A DNA stretch of 59,117 nt, filler included. It is 6 parts of 6 records of this genome, joined end to end, with 100 filler letters (N's around TTAATTAATTAA, not from the genome) between each part and the next. Parts side by side here need not be neighbours in the genome. Positions count along the whole stretch, not along the records: positions 6,524 to 15,113 come from SRR20825006_458; positions 15,214 to 34,664 come from SRR20825006_459; 4 more parts are not named here. The stretch is one strand, 5' to 3'. Below the pieces are notes generated by a model, which worked only from the letters and a program-made list of their open reading frames with translations, was not told the DNA's origin and did no database searches. Of the stretch, positions 9,185-19,083 are shown in pieces. Within the stretch, counting starts at the first letter, position 1. Each line of letters opens with the position of its first letter. Made by a program: the position numbers and the translations under genes.

Positions 9185-9284
9185 GCCCATTGGGCACTGA
9201 CAAGTCTGATGGAATGACGTAATAAGAGCTCATTGGATCGATTCAATAAAAGCGGAATACCGCTTCTGATAACTGGAGGAAGAC

Positions 9285-10337
9285 ATGGCTGAAGTCGAAG
9301 AGCAGTGGATGGCAAACCCCAACCGCTATGACGACGAAACCTATAACCGTTGTGGTCAAAGCGGTTTGATCTTGCCGAAAATCACCCTTGGCCTGTGGCA
9401 GAATTTCGGCGGCGTGGATGTCTATGAAACCCAGCGCGCCATGATCCGCCGTGCCTTTGACCGTGGTGTTTTTCACTTTGATCTGGCCAATAACTATGGC
9501 CCGCCCCCGGGATCAGCCGAAGAAAATTTCGGCAAGGTTCTTGGTCAGGATTTGAAAAAACACCGCGATGAGCTGATCATTTCGACCAAGGCGGGTTACC
9601 GCATGTGGCCGGGACCGTTTGGTGAGTGGGGATCACGCAAATATCTGATTTCCAGTCTGGATCAAAGTCTTACGCGTATGGGGCTTGATTACGTCGATAT
9701 CTTTTATTCGCATCGGGTTGATCCCAATACACCATTGGCCGAAACCATGGGCGCACTTGATCAAATCGTGCGATCTGGCAAGGCTTTGTATGTCGGGATT
9801 TCATCCTATTCGCCGGAAATGACCCGTAAGGCGCACGCGATCCTGAAAGATCTGGGAACACCTTGCGTCATTCATCAGCCGTCCTATTCGATGATGAACC
9901 GTTGGGTCGAAGATGGTTTGCTCGATACGCTGTCGGAACTTGGTATGGGATGTATTGCGTTCTCGCCATTGGCGCAGGGTCTGTTGACCAACAAGTACCT
10001 GAACGGTGTGCCCGAAGCATCCCGTGCGGCCCTTGAAGGGTCGTTCCAGACCGGAATGCTGACCGAGGAAAACCTTAATCGTGTAAGAGCACTCAATGAA
10101 ATTGCCAAACGTCGGGGCCAGTCATTGGCGCAGATGGCAATTGCATGGGTGCTGCGCCGTCCGGAAATCACTTCGGCCCTGATCGGGGCACGTCACGTTC
10201 AGCAGCTTGATAACAGCCTTGATGCGCTTGATAATCTTGAATTCAGTGCAGATGAGCTTGCCGAAATCGATAAATACGCGGCGGATGGTGGTCTGAATCT
10301 GTGGCAGAAATCATCTGATTCACAGGCTCCGGCCTAA
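9285..10337 (+). CDS. gpr: L-glyceraldehyde 3-phosphate reductase (aldo-keto reductase, YghZ/MgrA family)
   Basis: LGLWQNFG, FDLANNYGPPPGSAE, ISTKAGY, YVDIFYSHR, FSPLAQGLLT; GGAGG RBS. Confidence 0.88.
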   Translation: MAEVEEQWMANPNRYDDETYNRCGQSGLILPKITLGLWQNFGGVDVYETQRAMIRRAFDRGVFHFDLANNYGPPPGSAEENFGKVLGQDLKKHRDELIISTKAGYRMWPGPFGEWGSRKYLISSLDQSLTRMGLDYVDIFYSHRVDPNTPLAETMGALDQIVRSGKALYVGISSYSPEMTRKAHAILKDLGTPCVIHQPSYSMMNRWVEDGLLDTLSELGMGCIAFSPLAQGLLTNKYLNGVPEASRAALEGSFQTGMLTEENLNRVRALNEIAKRRGQSLAQMAIAWVLRRPEITSALIGARHVQQLDNSLDALDNLEFSADELAEIDKYAADGGLNLWQKSSDSQAPA

Positions 10338-10368
10338 TCGGCAGAAACGGCGTTCTGACCTTTGCAAC

Positions 10369-10400
10369 AGCCCGACCGATGATTTTTCGGTCGGGCTTTT
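10369..10400 (+). terminator. Rho-independent terminator between convergent genes
   Basis: AGCCCGACCGA-7nt-TCGGTCGGGCT followed by TTT. Confidence 0.75.
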
Positions 10401-10425
10401 GTGTATCTGGATACGTGCTGTAAGG

Positions 10426-11331
10426 CTATTTTTCGGCCATCGGCAAGGTGCCCGCCAAATCGCGCAGGGTATCAATAACTGCCTTCGCCCCGGAACTGAG
10501 CGGGCGATCATGGAGCCATGACAACATAACCTTACGTGACAATTCCGGGCTTATGATCCGCCGGGCCCGCAAGCGGCCCGTCGAAAGTTCCATCACAAGC
10601 GAACTTCTTGGCAGCACAGTATGTCCCAGATTTCGATGCACCAGATCGACCAAAACGCGCAGTGCATCGGCCTCAACAACCGGGGTTAACGGGCGCCCGG
10701 CGCGGAAGGCGGCTTCTTGCATTTTTGCGCGAAGTCCGTGTTTGTTGGTCGGCATGATCAGGGGTAAGGAAAGGACATCTTCATAGGCAATCTCGGTTTC
10801 CTGTTCGCCAACCTGTGTCGGGTGGGAAATCAGAAACAGGTCTTCGCGCCATAGGGGTTCGGAATGGAGACTGCGCGAGATCATGCCGTCATGCAGGATG
10901 CCGATATCCAGACGCCCTGACAGCAATCCTTCCTGAACATCGCCCGTCAGATCCTCAGAGACCGAAATGTTGAGATCAGGATAGTGGTCTCGCAGCCGTT
11001 CAATCAGGGCACCTGTAATGACAATTCCGGCACTTGGCGGCACACCAACATGGACGTGACCGGTAACTTTGCTGCTGCGTGCAGATAAATCGGCCTCCAA
11101 TCGGGCAAGATCGGCCAGAATGACACGCGCGCGTTCGGCCAACATCTGACCCGATTCAGTCAGTTTCACCCCGCGTCCGGTGCGTTCCAGAAGCTTGGTA
11201 TCAAGGGTTTCTTCAAGCAGGTTTAACTGACGGCTAAGCGCTGGTTGTGACAGGTTTAACCGTTCGGCCGCACGCGACAGACTGCCGAGTTCTGCAATAT
11301 GAACGAAACTTCTAAGCTGCTTGATATCCAT
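10426..11331 (-). CDS. LysR-family transcriptional regulator (Nac-like)
   Basis: MDIKQLRSFVHIAELGSLSRAAERLNLSQPALSRQ HTH; RTGRGVKLT. Confidence 0.93.
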   Translation of the reverse strand: MDIKQLRSFVHIAELGSLSRAAERLNLSQPALSRQLNLLEETLDTKLLERTGRGVKLTESGQMLAERARVILADLARLEADLSARSSKVTGHVHVGVPPSAGIVITGALIERLRDHYPDLNISVSEDLTGDVQEGLLSGRLDIGILHDGMISRSLHSEPLWREDLFLISHPTQVGEQETEIAYEDVLSLPLIMPTNKHGLRAKMQEAAFRAGRPLTPVVEADALRVLVDLVHRNLGHTVLPRSSLVMELSTGRLRARRIISPELSRKVMLSWLHDRPLSSGAKAVIDTLRDLAGTLPMAEK

Positions 11332-11374
11332 AAAATCAGGCCCTGACGCCAGCATGTGTGTTGGTCTTGACTAT

Positions 11375-11397
11375 AGATATAGCCAAAACTGATATCT
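11375..11397. promoter_or_regulatory. Putative LysR binding site
   Basis: AGATAT-N11-ATATCT palindrome containing T-N11-A, in the divergent LysR/DMT intergenic region. Confidence 0.55.
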
Positions 11398-11472
11398 GTT
11401 AGCAATTAATTCGAATTGAATAATGTCAGGGCACGGGCGAGTATATCCTCAAAGAGAGGATCGGAGACCACC

Positions 11473-12441
11473 ATGACAACATCGCCCCAATCGCAGCTTG
11501 CGGCAACGCCCGCAGGTTCTGCCTTGATGATCGTGCTGTTGGCAACAGTTGCCTTTGCCATGAAGGGTTTGCTGGCAAAGTTTGTCTATGCCACGGGCAT
11601 GACGGTGGATGGCTTGTTGCTGTTACGGTTTTTGATTGCGATGCCGTTCTTTTGGGCCGGGGTGTTCTGGTTTGGCAAACACCGTCCGGGTGAGCGCAAA
11701 ATGAAGCCGCTCGATCTGGCATGGGGGGCTTTGTATGGCGGTTTGTTCTTTGCCGCTGCCTTGTTTGATTTTACAGCCGTCTCGCTGATTGATGTCACCA
11801 TCTCGCGGATTGTGCTGTTTACCTTTCCCGCCGTGGTCTTGATCCTTGAAAGTTTGCACAAACGGCGCTTCCCGCCGATGCGGCAAATCGTCTGTTTCGT
11901 CGTGACCTATTTTGGCCTGATGCTGGTTCTTGCCCCAAGTGGTTTTGGCGAGGTGTCTGACGGTTTGTGGTACGGGGCGTTGTTGGCTTTTGCCTCTGCA
12001 TTGACCTACGCCTGTTATCTTTATTTTGGGCAGCGGATGATAACAGTCATCGGTTCCATGCATTTTGCTGCCTTGGTCAACACCATGGCCGGGCTGTCGA
12101 TGGTTCTATATCAGCTGATCATGCAAAAGCCGCTGAACCTTAACCTCGATGGGGTTTTGTGGACGGCGGGCATTTCGATTTTCTGCACCGTGATCCCGTT
12201 CTTCCTGCTTTATGAAGGCATCCGGCGGGTAGGGGCGACGCAGGCATCGCTGATTTCGCTGTCTGGGCCGGCAATGACGTTTTTTGCGGCCTGGTTGCTG
12301 TTGGGCGAGATGCTGACAGTGCCGCAATTGATCGGTTTTGCGGTTGTTACCATTGGTGTGGCGTCCCTGAAAAACAGCTTTAGCCTGGCGGGCCTTGGTC
12401 GGTTGCTCGCACGGCCATTTGCCTCAAACACCAAGTCATAA
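11473..12441 (+). CDS. DMT/EamA family transporter
   Basis: About 10 hydrophobic segments, two EamA repeats, LLGEMLT..QLIG; GGAG RBS before ATG 11473. Confidence 0.88.
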   Translation: MTTSPQSQLAATPAGSALMIVLLATVAFAMKGLLAKFVYATGMTVDGLLLLRFLIAMPFFWAGVFWFGKHRPGERKMKPLDLAWGALYGGLFFAAALFDFTAVSLIDVTISRIVLFTFPAVVLILESLHKRRFPPMRQIVCFVVTYFGLMLVLAPSGFGEVSDGLWYGALLAFASALTYACYLYFGQRMITVIGSMHFAALVNTMAGLSMVLYQLIMQKPLNLNLDGVLWTAGISIFCTVIPFFLLYEGIRRVGATQASLISLSGPAMTFFAAWLLLGEMLTVPQLIGFAVVTIGVASLKNSFSLAGLGRLLARPFASNTKS

Positions 12442-12468
12442 GCGGTTGGCAGGCAAGGTCGGGGGCAG

Positions 12469-13050
12469 TCAGTCTGTTTCGCGTTGCCAGGTGCGAACCT
12501 CTGTTTCATGTTCGGGAAGTCGTACACCCTGACGCCATTTGAACGGATCAATGAATTGTCCTGCCCATACACCGGTGAGGGCCTGCTTGGCGCGGTCTTC
12601 GACCGGGCCATATTCTGGCATTTCATCGGTGCGGGCAACGGCCATGCCACGCATGATCAGGCTTTGCCCGATATCAACGCCATTGGCATTACGGCAGACC
12701 GCCATGTTGCGGTGATAGCGACTTTTGCCAAACACTTCGCATGTGATCGGTGTGGCGACCAGAAGGTTCGTGGTGACTTGCCATGCATCTGCACCGCAAG
12801 CCGTACTTTGCCCGTTGATCAGGCATTGTTGAAACCGTTCCAGCGCATCAGCACCCCACAAATCAATTCGGCGAAAGCCAAATTCAAGTGTGTCGGCGTC
12901 AATGGCGCGGGCGGGACCGGTTAGGCGATCAAAGTCCGGGTCTGCGACGGCACTGTTGGGAATGCTAACAGCGATCAGGTTTGCAAACGTGATTGCACAG
13001 AAACCTAAGCCAAGTGAGGCGAGCCTGAAGAAAGGTTTTTTGTTGTGCAT
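12469..13050 (-). CDS. Secreted thermonuclease (SNase)-like protein, ExoI-like subgroup
   Basis: Signal peptide; AIDADTL, LWGADALE..QQC, CG, RYHR, GVWAG..PFKWR. Confidence 0.8.
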   Translation of the reverse strand: MHNKKPFFRLASLGLGFCAITFANLIAVSIPNSAVADPDFDRLTGPARAIDADTLEFGFRRIDLWGADALERFQQCLINGQSTACGADAWQVTTNLLVATPITCEVFGKSRYHRNMAVCRNANGVDIGQSLIMRGMAVARTDEMPEYGPVEDRAKQALTGVWAGQFIDPFKWRQGVRLPEHETEVRTWQRETD

Positions 13051-13330
13051 TGTCAGTTGCCTTTCCTAGCCGGAATGAAGGTTCGCCTGGAAGAAATTTG
13101 TGGATGATACGTGGATTTCTTGACACCAATTGGTGATCACACTTTTGGCATTCCCATATGTTTGTTAATTGACAACAATACCAGAATAGCAAAGTAGCAG
13201 ATAATCAGCTTGTGGTGGTGTATGCTGAATCTGATCAGGAGAATATCGAAAATACGTAAAATCCTGAATGTCAGTGTTTTGGGGCATCCAATCGTCTCCT
13301 TTGCCACAAGATGGATCGATGAGGTTATAT

Positions 13331-14545
13331 ATGGACGGTAAAATTCCAAAAGTACTGTTGGACAGTATTGCGAAAGCCGATCTCCACAAGCCGGATCATG
13401 CTTCACTTGTTTTGGATTTTTCGGGAATACCGACTGCGGATAGTCGAACCGTCTTCTGTTCATTTGTTCGATACATCGAGAGTAGTGAGATCGATGGTTT
13501 GACGGCAAAGTTGCTGTCCAACAATACGGCTTCGTTGATGTTTCCTGTTGCGGTACGCCGTGAGGTCGTAGGGTTTATCAAACGCTTAAATGATTTTCTT
13601 CTTTCCCGTCGCTACGGAAAAATTGATGTTCGGTATTTTAATCTGGATGGGAATGCACAGGAGTTTGCCCAATGCTGTAGTCAATATCTTTTAAGAGGTA
13701 GCAGGGCGAGTGCTGAGGCATTTCGCGAGTTTTATCAGCAACCACCACATGGGTTGGATCAATTGGCGGAGCTGATTGATCTTGAACGTATCGTTGGCCA
13801 AGCTGACATGTCGATGCATTTGCGGCGTCAGCATATTTGGAAGCTTACAAAAAACAAGAAGCCTGTGATTCTCGGGGAAGAACTTTGGGTATCAATTGCA
13901 GCGATGGAAGAAATCACAGAAAAAAACATTATTCAGGATGCATGGATGTTCTCGCGGTTCACAGAACTGCTAGATAATAGAGTTCTTTCGCACCTTTCGG
14001 TTGATCAAACACTTTGGGAAAAGCAGTTATTTGTTAATTTGAATCCAGTTGCCATCATCAGCGATAATTTCCGAAAAGTTATTAAATCCTTGCCTTATCA
14101 AAGGCTTGAAAAACTAACTGTTGAGATGGGATTGACGGCTTGGCAGCAAAATAGCTCGCGGAGCAAAAGTATTCTTGAAGATTTTAACCGCGAAGGAATT
14201 GGACTGGCATTGGATGGAATTTCAGTATCGAAATTATCCGATCTTCCGGAAAATGATGCCGGGGCAAGCCAGTTCTTGAAGGTGCATGTTTCCCCACTTG
14301 AAGGAACAGATCTTCATGATGCATTGGTAAAACTCCCACCTGAAATGATGTCAAAAATCATTTGTACGCGGTGTGAAACTGTCGAGCAGATCGAAATTGC
14401 CGTAAAGGCAGGCGTGCAGTATTTCCAAGGATATGGGTTACGTGATTTTGTGAATGCCCCTGAAATTGTTGAGAGTATACTCGGACCTGTGGAGAATGCC
14501 GAGGAGCCTGAAGATGAAGAAGTCGAGGCCGCAGATAAGCAATAG
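13331..14545 (+). CDS. Degenerate EAL-domain protein
   Basis: EELWVSI, LFVNLN, LALDGI, FLKV, CET..Q, GVQYFQGY; GAGG RBS before ATG 13331. Confidence 0.65.
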   Translation: MDGKIPKVLLDSIAKADLHKPDHASLVLDFSGIPTADSRTVFCSFVRYIESSEIDGLTAKLLSNNTASLMFPVAVRREVVGFIKRLNDFLLSRRYGKIDVRYFNLDGNAQEFAQCCSQYLLRGSRASAEAFREFYQQPPHGLDQLAELIDLERIVGQADMSMHLRRQHIWKLTKNKKPVILGEELWVSIAAMEEITEKNIIQDAWMFSRFTELLDNRVLSHLSVDQTLWEKQLFVNLNPVAIISDNFRKVIKSLPYQRLEKLTVEMGLTAWQQNSSRSKSILEDFNREGIGLALDGISVSKLSDLPENDAGASQFLKVHVSPLEGTDLHDALVKLPPEMMSKIICTRCETVEQIEIAVKAGVQYFQGYGLRDFVNAPEIVESILGPVENAEEPEDEEVEAADKQ

Positions 14546-14612
14546 CTTCCAGCTGCGGCTGAAACTGTAATTCTGACTTGCTTCCCATATGGGAGGGGCG
14601 GATTAAATTAGG

Positions 14613-15005
14613 TTAGTAAAGATCGCTAAAGCGGATTTCATCAAGCTGGGCAAAGACAACTTTCCATTTGTCTTCTTGCTTGAGCAAGGCAAAAGCATAG
14701 TCACAATCAAAGATCAGATTGTTTTCCGAGTTGCCGAACCGGAATGACACAATCGCACGTGAGCCGCCCGGCAGTGCGGAATGCTGTTCAATCACGATGG
14801 ATTTCGCCATGGCAAGATCAGCATTTTTCAATTCTTCAAAGAATGATTGATGATAGGTATGAAGATCATCCACCGATGAAATCGCATGCACGCCTGACAG
14901 ATCATTGATCAGGGACGGGTAGTGATAAAATTCGTCAAGCGCATCTTCTTCCAGCTTGAGATGGGCATCAACATAGCGGTGAAAAAAACTTCCAAGGTCT
15001 TCCAT
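14613..15005 (-). CDS. NTF2/SnoaL-like fold hypothetical protein
   Basis: FF..Y...L.EFYHYP N-terminus and C-terminal DKWKVV strand; directly downstream of ligA. Confidence 0.55.
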   Translation of the reverse strand: MEDLGSFFHRYVDAHLKLEEDALDEFYHYPSLINDLSGVHAISSVDDLHTYHQSFFEELKNADLAMAKSIVIEQHSALPGGSRAIVSFRFGNSENNLIFDCDYAFALLKQEDKWKVVFAQLDEIRFSDLY

Positions 15006-15037
15006 CGGCACGCGTCCCTTTCGAAAATGATCCGTAA

Positions 15038-15112
15038 TTATTCGGCGGCAATCAGATCAAGCCAACCTTGTTCATCAAGTACTGTAACACCTAATTCTTC
15101 TGCTTTCTTTAA
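15038..15112 (-). CDS. ligA: NAD-dependent DNA ligase, C-terminal BRCT fragment (not in ORF track)
   Basis: Manual translation LKKAEELGVTVLDEQGWLDLIAAE* matches the LigA BRCT terminus; cut by the spacer. Confidence 0.85.
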   Translation of the reverse strand, partial: LKKAEELGVTVLDEQGWLDLIAAE

Positions 15113-15113
15113 T

Positions 15114-15213
15114 NNNNNNNNNNNNNNNNNNNNNNNNNNNNNNNNNNNNNNNNNNNNTTAATTAATTAANNNNNNNNNNNNNNNNNNNNNNNNNNNNNNN
15201 NNNNNNNNNNNNN
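15114..15213. other. Artificial contig spacer
   Basis: N44-TTAATTAATTAA-N44. Confidence 0.99.
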
Positions 15214-17487
15214 CGAGACGATACCTTGGCAGATGTTGCCATGTACTACTGGAAAAATGATTTGCGCAACGACCTCGATAACGTTGTGCCTGTTACAAAA
15301 GGGAACCCGGCTTTTTGGCAGCATATGGTGACGTTTGGCGTTGGCTTAGGGGTGACGGGAACGATAGACCCGGATACCGCCTTTGCCGCGATTGAGAGCG
15401 GTGCATCAATTTCATGGCCCAACCCCACCAGTGCGGATCAACATAAAATCGATGACCTGCTTCACGCGGCGGTTAATTCACGCGGCGGCTTTTTTAGTGC
15501 GGCCGACCCCGGTACGTTTGCCGATGAGTTATCGGATGCTCTGCAAGTCATTGCTAACGAAGCCAAGTCTTCCGCGTCGGCCATTGCGGCAAACTCTACG
15601 CGCCTGGATTCAGGTACCTTGGTCTATCAAGCCAGCTTTAACAGCTTGGATTGGAGCGGCAGGATGGTCGCCTACAAGGTGAATGACGATGGCACGCTGG
15701 GCGATGTGAAGTGGGATAGTCAAAAAGACAGTTATGGGTCGGTGTCGTCACGCAAGGTGTTCACTGCGGTGGGCGCGCCGGGAGCATTGACCACAACCGC
15801 GGTTGATTTTTCCACGTCGTCCTGGTCGTTGCTAGATACAACTCAGCGCGATGCGCTTCGCAATGGCGGTAGCAATGCCGACGGCCAGCTGCTTCTGAAT
15901 TGGCTGCGAGGTGATCGCAGCCAGGAAGGGAAAGCGTTTAGAAGTCGCGGCGCAATACTGGGTGATATTGTTAATTCCGACCCCGCCTTTTCAGGAAATC
16001 TTGATGACTATGGTTTTCACGTGCTCTCCGGTACAGAGGGTAGCACTTACAGAACGTTTCTAAAGTCCAAGAAAGCACGCCCGCCATTCTTGGTCGTTGG
16101 GGCGAATGATGGCATGTTGCACGGGTTTCATGCAGATAATGGTAAAGAGTTGTTCAGCTTTATGCCCGCCGCATCGTATCCGGCAATTGCAGAGCTGGCC
16201 GACCCCGATTATCAGCACCGTTACTATGTAGACGGTTCGCCACGTGTGAGTGATGCCTACCTGGCGAATAAGTGGCGCACCGTAACGGTTGCTGCGATGG
16301 GGGCCGGTGGGCGGTCAGTCTTTGCGGTGGATGTCACTGACCCGGAAGCGATGAGTAAGAATAACTTCCTCTGGGAATTTTCAACCTCCAGCAGCGATAC
16401 CGATAAATTGGGTGTCGCGATGAGTGCGCCCGCCATTGCGCGCCTCGCGGCGGGTAATCAGTGGGTTGCCGTTTTTGGCAACGGCTATAATTCCGGCGAC
16501 AACGTAAAATTGTTTATCGTTGATCTGGCCGACGGCAAGTTGTTGAAGGCCATTGATACCGGGGTTACAGGCTCTGGAAATGGCCTCGCTTCTCCCGTGC
16601 CTGTCGACGTTGATGGCGACCGCGTAACGGATTTTGTTTATGCCGGGGATTTGCAAGGCAATTTGTGGAAATTTGATTTGCGTGGCAGTACGGCCAATAA
16701 ATGGGATGTCGCGCTGAAATCCGGGTCTAAACCCGCACCGCTGTTCACTGCAGTCGATGACAATGGTGATCCTCAACCAATTACGAGCCGACCAACGGTT
16801 GGCAACCATCAAGAAGGTGGGTATTACGTTTATTTTGGTACCGGCAAGTTCTTCGAAACCGGGGATGCCAAGGTAGGCAATAGCCCGCAACTGCAGGACT
16901 TCTACGGCATTCGGGATGTCGATGCGGCGGTAAGTCGCTCGGACTTGCTCGTGCAGGATGTGATCTTCGAGCAGGTAGGCGTTACTAAAGACGGCAGTAA
17001 CACCCCCTTTCAAGTACGCCTCGTGACCAATAAAGCGGCGGATGACGCCCCCGATTACGGTTGGCGCCTGCCATTGCAGCCACCGAATGATAGCGTTGAG
17101 GGCGAGCGCGCGGTATCGCGCCCGATACTGCGCAATGGCCGTATCGTGTTTACCACGCTAATACCTACTGACAATATTTGCGGGTTTGGCGGACGTAGTT
17201 GGTTGATGGAATTGGACGCGCAGACTGGCGGCCGTTACGCTGATCCGGTTCTGGATACGAACGGTGACGGGCTGATTAACGAGTTGGATGTTGTGCTCTA
17301 CAACGGTGAGTACTTACCGATAAGCGGCCGCGGCAGTAACGAAATTATTAAGACCCCTGGTATCGTTGGCGCTGGTGATATCGAGTATAAGTTCACCTCA
17401 GGCAGCAGTGGCACTATCGGCATTGTGGTAGAAAAGGGTGATGACAACGGTATTGTTGGGCGACAGTCTTGGAGACAATTACAGTAA
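15214..17487 (+). CDS. pilY1: Type IV pilus tip adhesin PilY1 (copy 1), 5' truncated
   Basis: TLADVAMYYW, LGDIVNS, GANDGMLH, YYVDG, Ca loop DVDGDRVTD, YAGDLQGNLWKFD, C-terminal GRQSWRQL. Confidence 0.92.
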   Translation, partial: RDDTLADVAMYYWKNDLRNDLDNVVPVTKGNPAFWQHMVTFGVGLGVTGTIDPDTAFAAIESGASISWPNPTSADQHKIDDLLHAAVNSRGGFFSAADPGTFADELSDALQVIANEAKSSASAIAANSTRLDSGTLVYQASFNSLDWSGRMVAYKVNDDGTLGDVKWDSQKDSYGSVSSRKVFTAVGAPGALTTTAVDFSTSSWSLLDTTQRDALRNGGSNADGQLLLNWLRGDRSQEGKAFRSRGAILGDIVNSDPAFSGNLDDYGFHVLSGTEGSTYRTFLKSKKARPPFLVVGANDGMLHGFHADNGKELFSFMPAASYPAIAELADPDYQHRYYVDGSPRVSDAYLANKWRTVTVAAMGAGGRSVFAVDVTDPEAMSKNNFLWEFSTSSSDTDKLGVAMSAPAIARLAAGNQWVAVFGNGYNSGDNVKLFIVDLADGKLLKAIDTGVTGSGNGLASPVPVDVDGDRVTDFVYAGDLQGNLWKFDLRGSTANKWDVALKSGSKPAPLFTAVDDNGDPQPITSRPTVGNHQEGGYYVYFGTGKFFETGDAKVGNSPQLQDFYGIRDVDAAVSRSDLLVQDVIFEQVGVTKDGSNTPFQVRLVTNKAADDAPDYGWRLPLQPPNDSVEGERAVSRPILRNGRIVFTTLIPTDNICGFGGRSWLMELDAQTGGRYADPVLDTNGDGLINELDVVLYNGEYLPISGRGSNEIIKTPGIVGAGDIEYKFTSGSSGTIGIVVEKGDDNGIVGRQSWRQLQ

Positions 17488-17936
17488 TGACTCATCGTCA
17501 TTTATCTCGTGGGTTTACCCTAATGGAGCTCATGATCACCGTGGCAATCGTAGCGATACTCGCCTCGATTGCCTACCCGAGTTATCAAGAGCAAGTGGCT
17601 AAGTCGCGGCGCAACGAGGCGGCCAATGCCCTGATGATTGGCGCCCAGGCGCTAGAGCGCTACTACTCCGCTAATGGTCGTTATACCACCACTGCCGGGG
17701 GGAGTGACTTGCCTGCGGTGTTTCCCTCTCGGGTGCCGGAGAATGGCGGAACGTATTACACGATATCTGCGGATGGCACACCGACAGCGAATACGTTTAC
17801 CTTGATCGCAGCGCGCAGAGGTACGATGGCGGGCGACAGTTGTGGAGATTTCACTCTGGATGAAACGGGTGATATGGCGTTAAAAAACAAGCCCTCTGGA
17901 TCGACTAAATCCCTGGCCGACTGCTGGCGCAGGTAG
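17487..17936 (+). CDS. pilE: Type IV minor pilin PilE (copy 1)
   Basis: G|FTLMELMI prepilin site, IAYPSY, C-terminal Cys pair; TAATG coupling to pilY1. Confidence 0.9.
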   Translation: MTHRHLSRGFTLMELMITVAIVAILASIAYPSYQEQVAKSRRNEAANALMIGAQALERYYSANGRYTTTAGGSDLPAVFPSRVPENGGTYYTISADGTPTANTFTLIAARRGTMAGDSCGDFTLDETGDMALKNKPSGSTKSLADCWRR

Positions 17937-18226
17937 TGCCGTTATACGTAGATATGCGGGTGTCCATACGCGTTATTCAGAGGTGTCGAGTGGCTCGCGA
18001 AACACGTCATTTGTTTTGTACATGGCGGTAAATCTGCGTATTCTTGCCCAGTCGCTATAGAATTATAATCAAAGTGCTGGCCGTGCTGATTGGCATTTAA
18101 GCGTTTGTGCTTTTGCAAACCATCACAATGACTACGGAAAGTCGCTGGTAACTGCTACTGGCACCCCTACTCAATGCTCCATTTGTTCGGCCGATAATAA
18201 TTTCCATGCTTGGGAGAAGAGGCCGA

Positions 18227-18640
18227 GTGCGAGCTAAAGATATTTCCGGTTTTACCCTGATTGAATTAATGATCACTGTCGCGATCATTGGCATATTGGT
18301 TGCCGTAGCGCTGCCCTCTTATCAGGAGTATGTCGTGCGCACGAATCGATCGGCAGCGCAAAACTTCGCGATGGAGGTGGCAAATATGCAAGAGCGATTT
18401 TACTTGGACAATCGCAGTTATGCTGCCGACCTTGCTACCCTCGGCGCTTCTTTGCCGTCAGAAATTTCCGGCGCGTATGTCGTTAGTGTGACGGCCGACA
18501 ACACTGCTAACCCTCCTAGCTATATGATTAGCGCTGCTCCGAAGGGGACGCAGGCAAGTCGCGATGATTGCGGGACGCTTACCCTGAACAATAAGGGAGA
18601 AAAAGGTTATGCCTCGGGGGCAACGCGATGCTGGGAATAA
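18227..18640 (+). CDS. pilE: Type IV minor pilin PilE (copy 2)
   Basis: [29 protein letters not shown] start after GAGG. Confidence 0.9.
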   Translation: MRAKDISGFTLIELMITVAIIGILVAVALPSYQEYVVRTNRSAAQNFAMEVANMQERFYLDNRSYAADLATLGASLPSEISGAYVVSVTADNTANPPSYMISAAPKGTQASRDDCGTLTLNNKGEKGYASGATRCWE

Positions 18641-19083
18641 GTAGGTTTAGAGGCTTTACGTTACTTGAGCTGTTAGTAACCTTGGCGGTAGTGGCCATCG
18701 TGACCGCCATTGCGGCGCCGTCATTCAACGACGTTATTGAGCGCCAGCGCGTTCGCAGCGCTGCCGATACCTTACGGTCTACCATTGACTTGGCGCGCAG
18801 TGAGGCAGTTAAGCGCAACGCGGTGGTTAGTGTCAGTCGAATTGGCGATAACTGGAACAAGGGGTGGCAGGTACTCGATGGTGCAACTGTACTACAGGTC
18901 GCACCGTCTCAGCCGAGCCTGACCATTACCAGCGCGGTCAATACGGTGCAGTTTAACGGCTCAGGACGGAGCAATGCCGCGGCAGAGTTCAGTCTAGTGC
19001 CCGATTCCGGGAATACCGCAAACGCCTACTGTGTGGATATAAGCCTCAGTGGTCGCCCGCGAAGCCGGAAGGGAGGCTGCTAA
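18628..19083 (+). CDS. fimT: FimT/FimU (GspH-like) minor pilin
   Basis: [27 protein letters not shown]. Confidence 0.88.
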   Translation: MLGISRFRGFTLLELLVTLAVVAIVTAIAAPSFNDVIERQRVRSAADTLRSTIDLARSEAVKRNAVVSVSRIGDNWNKGWQVLDGATVLQVAPSQPSLTITSAVNTVQFNGSGRSNAAAEFSLVPDSGNTANAYCVDISLSGRPRSRKGGC

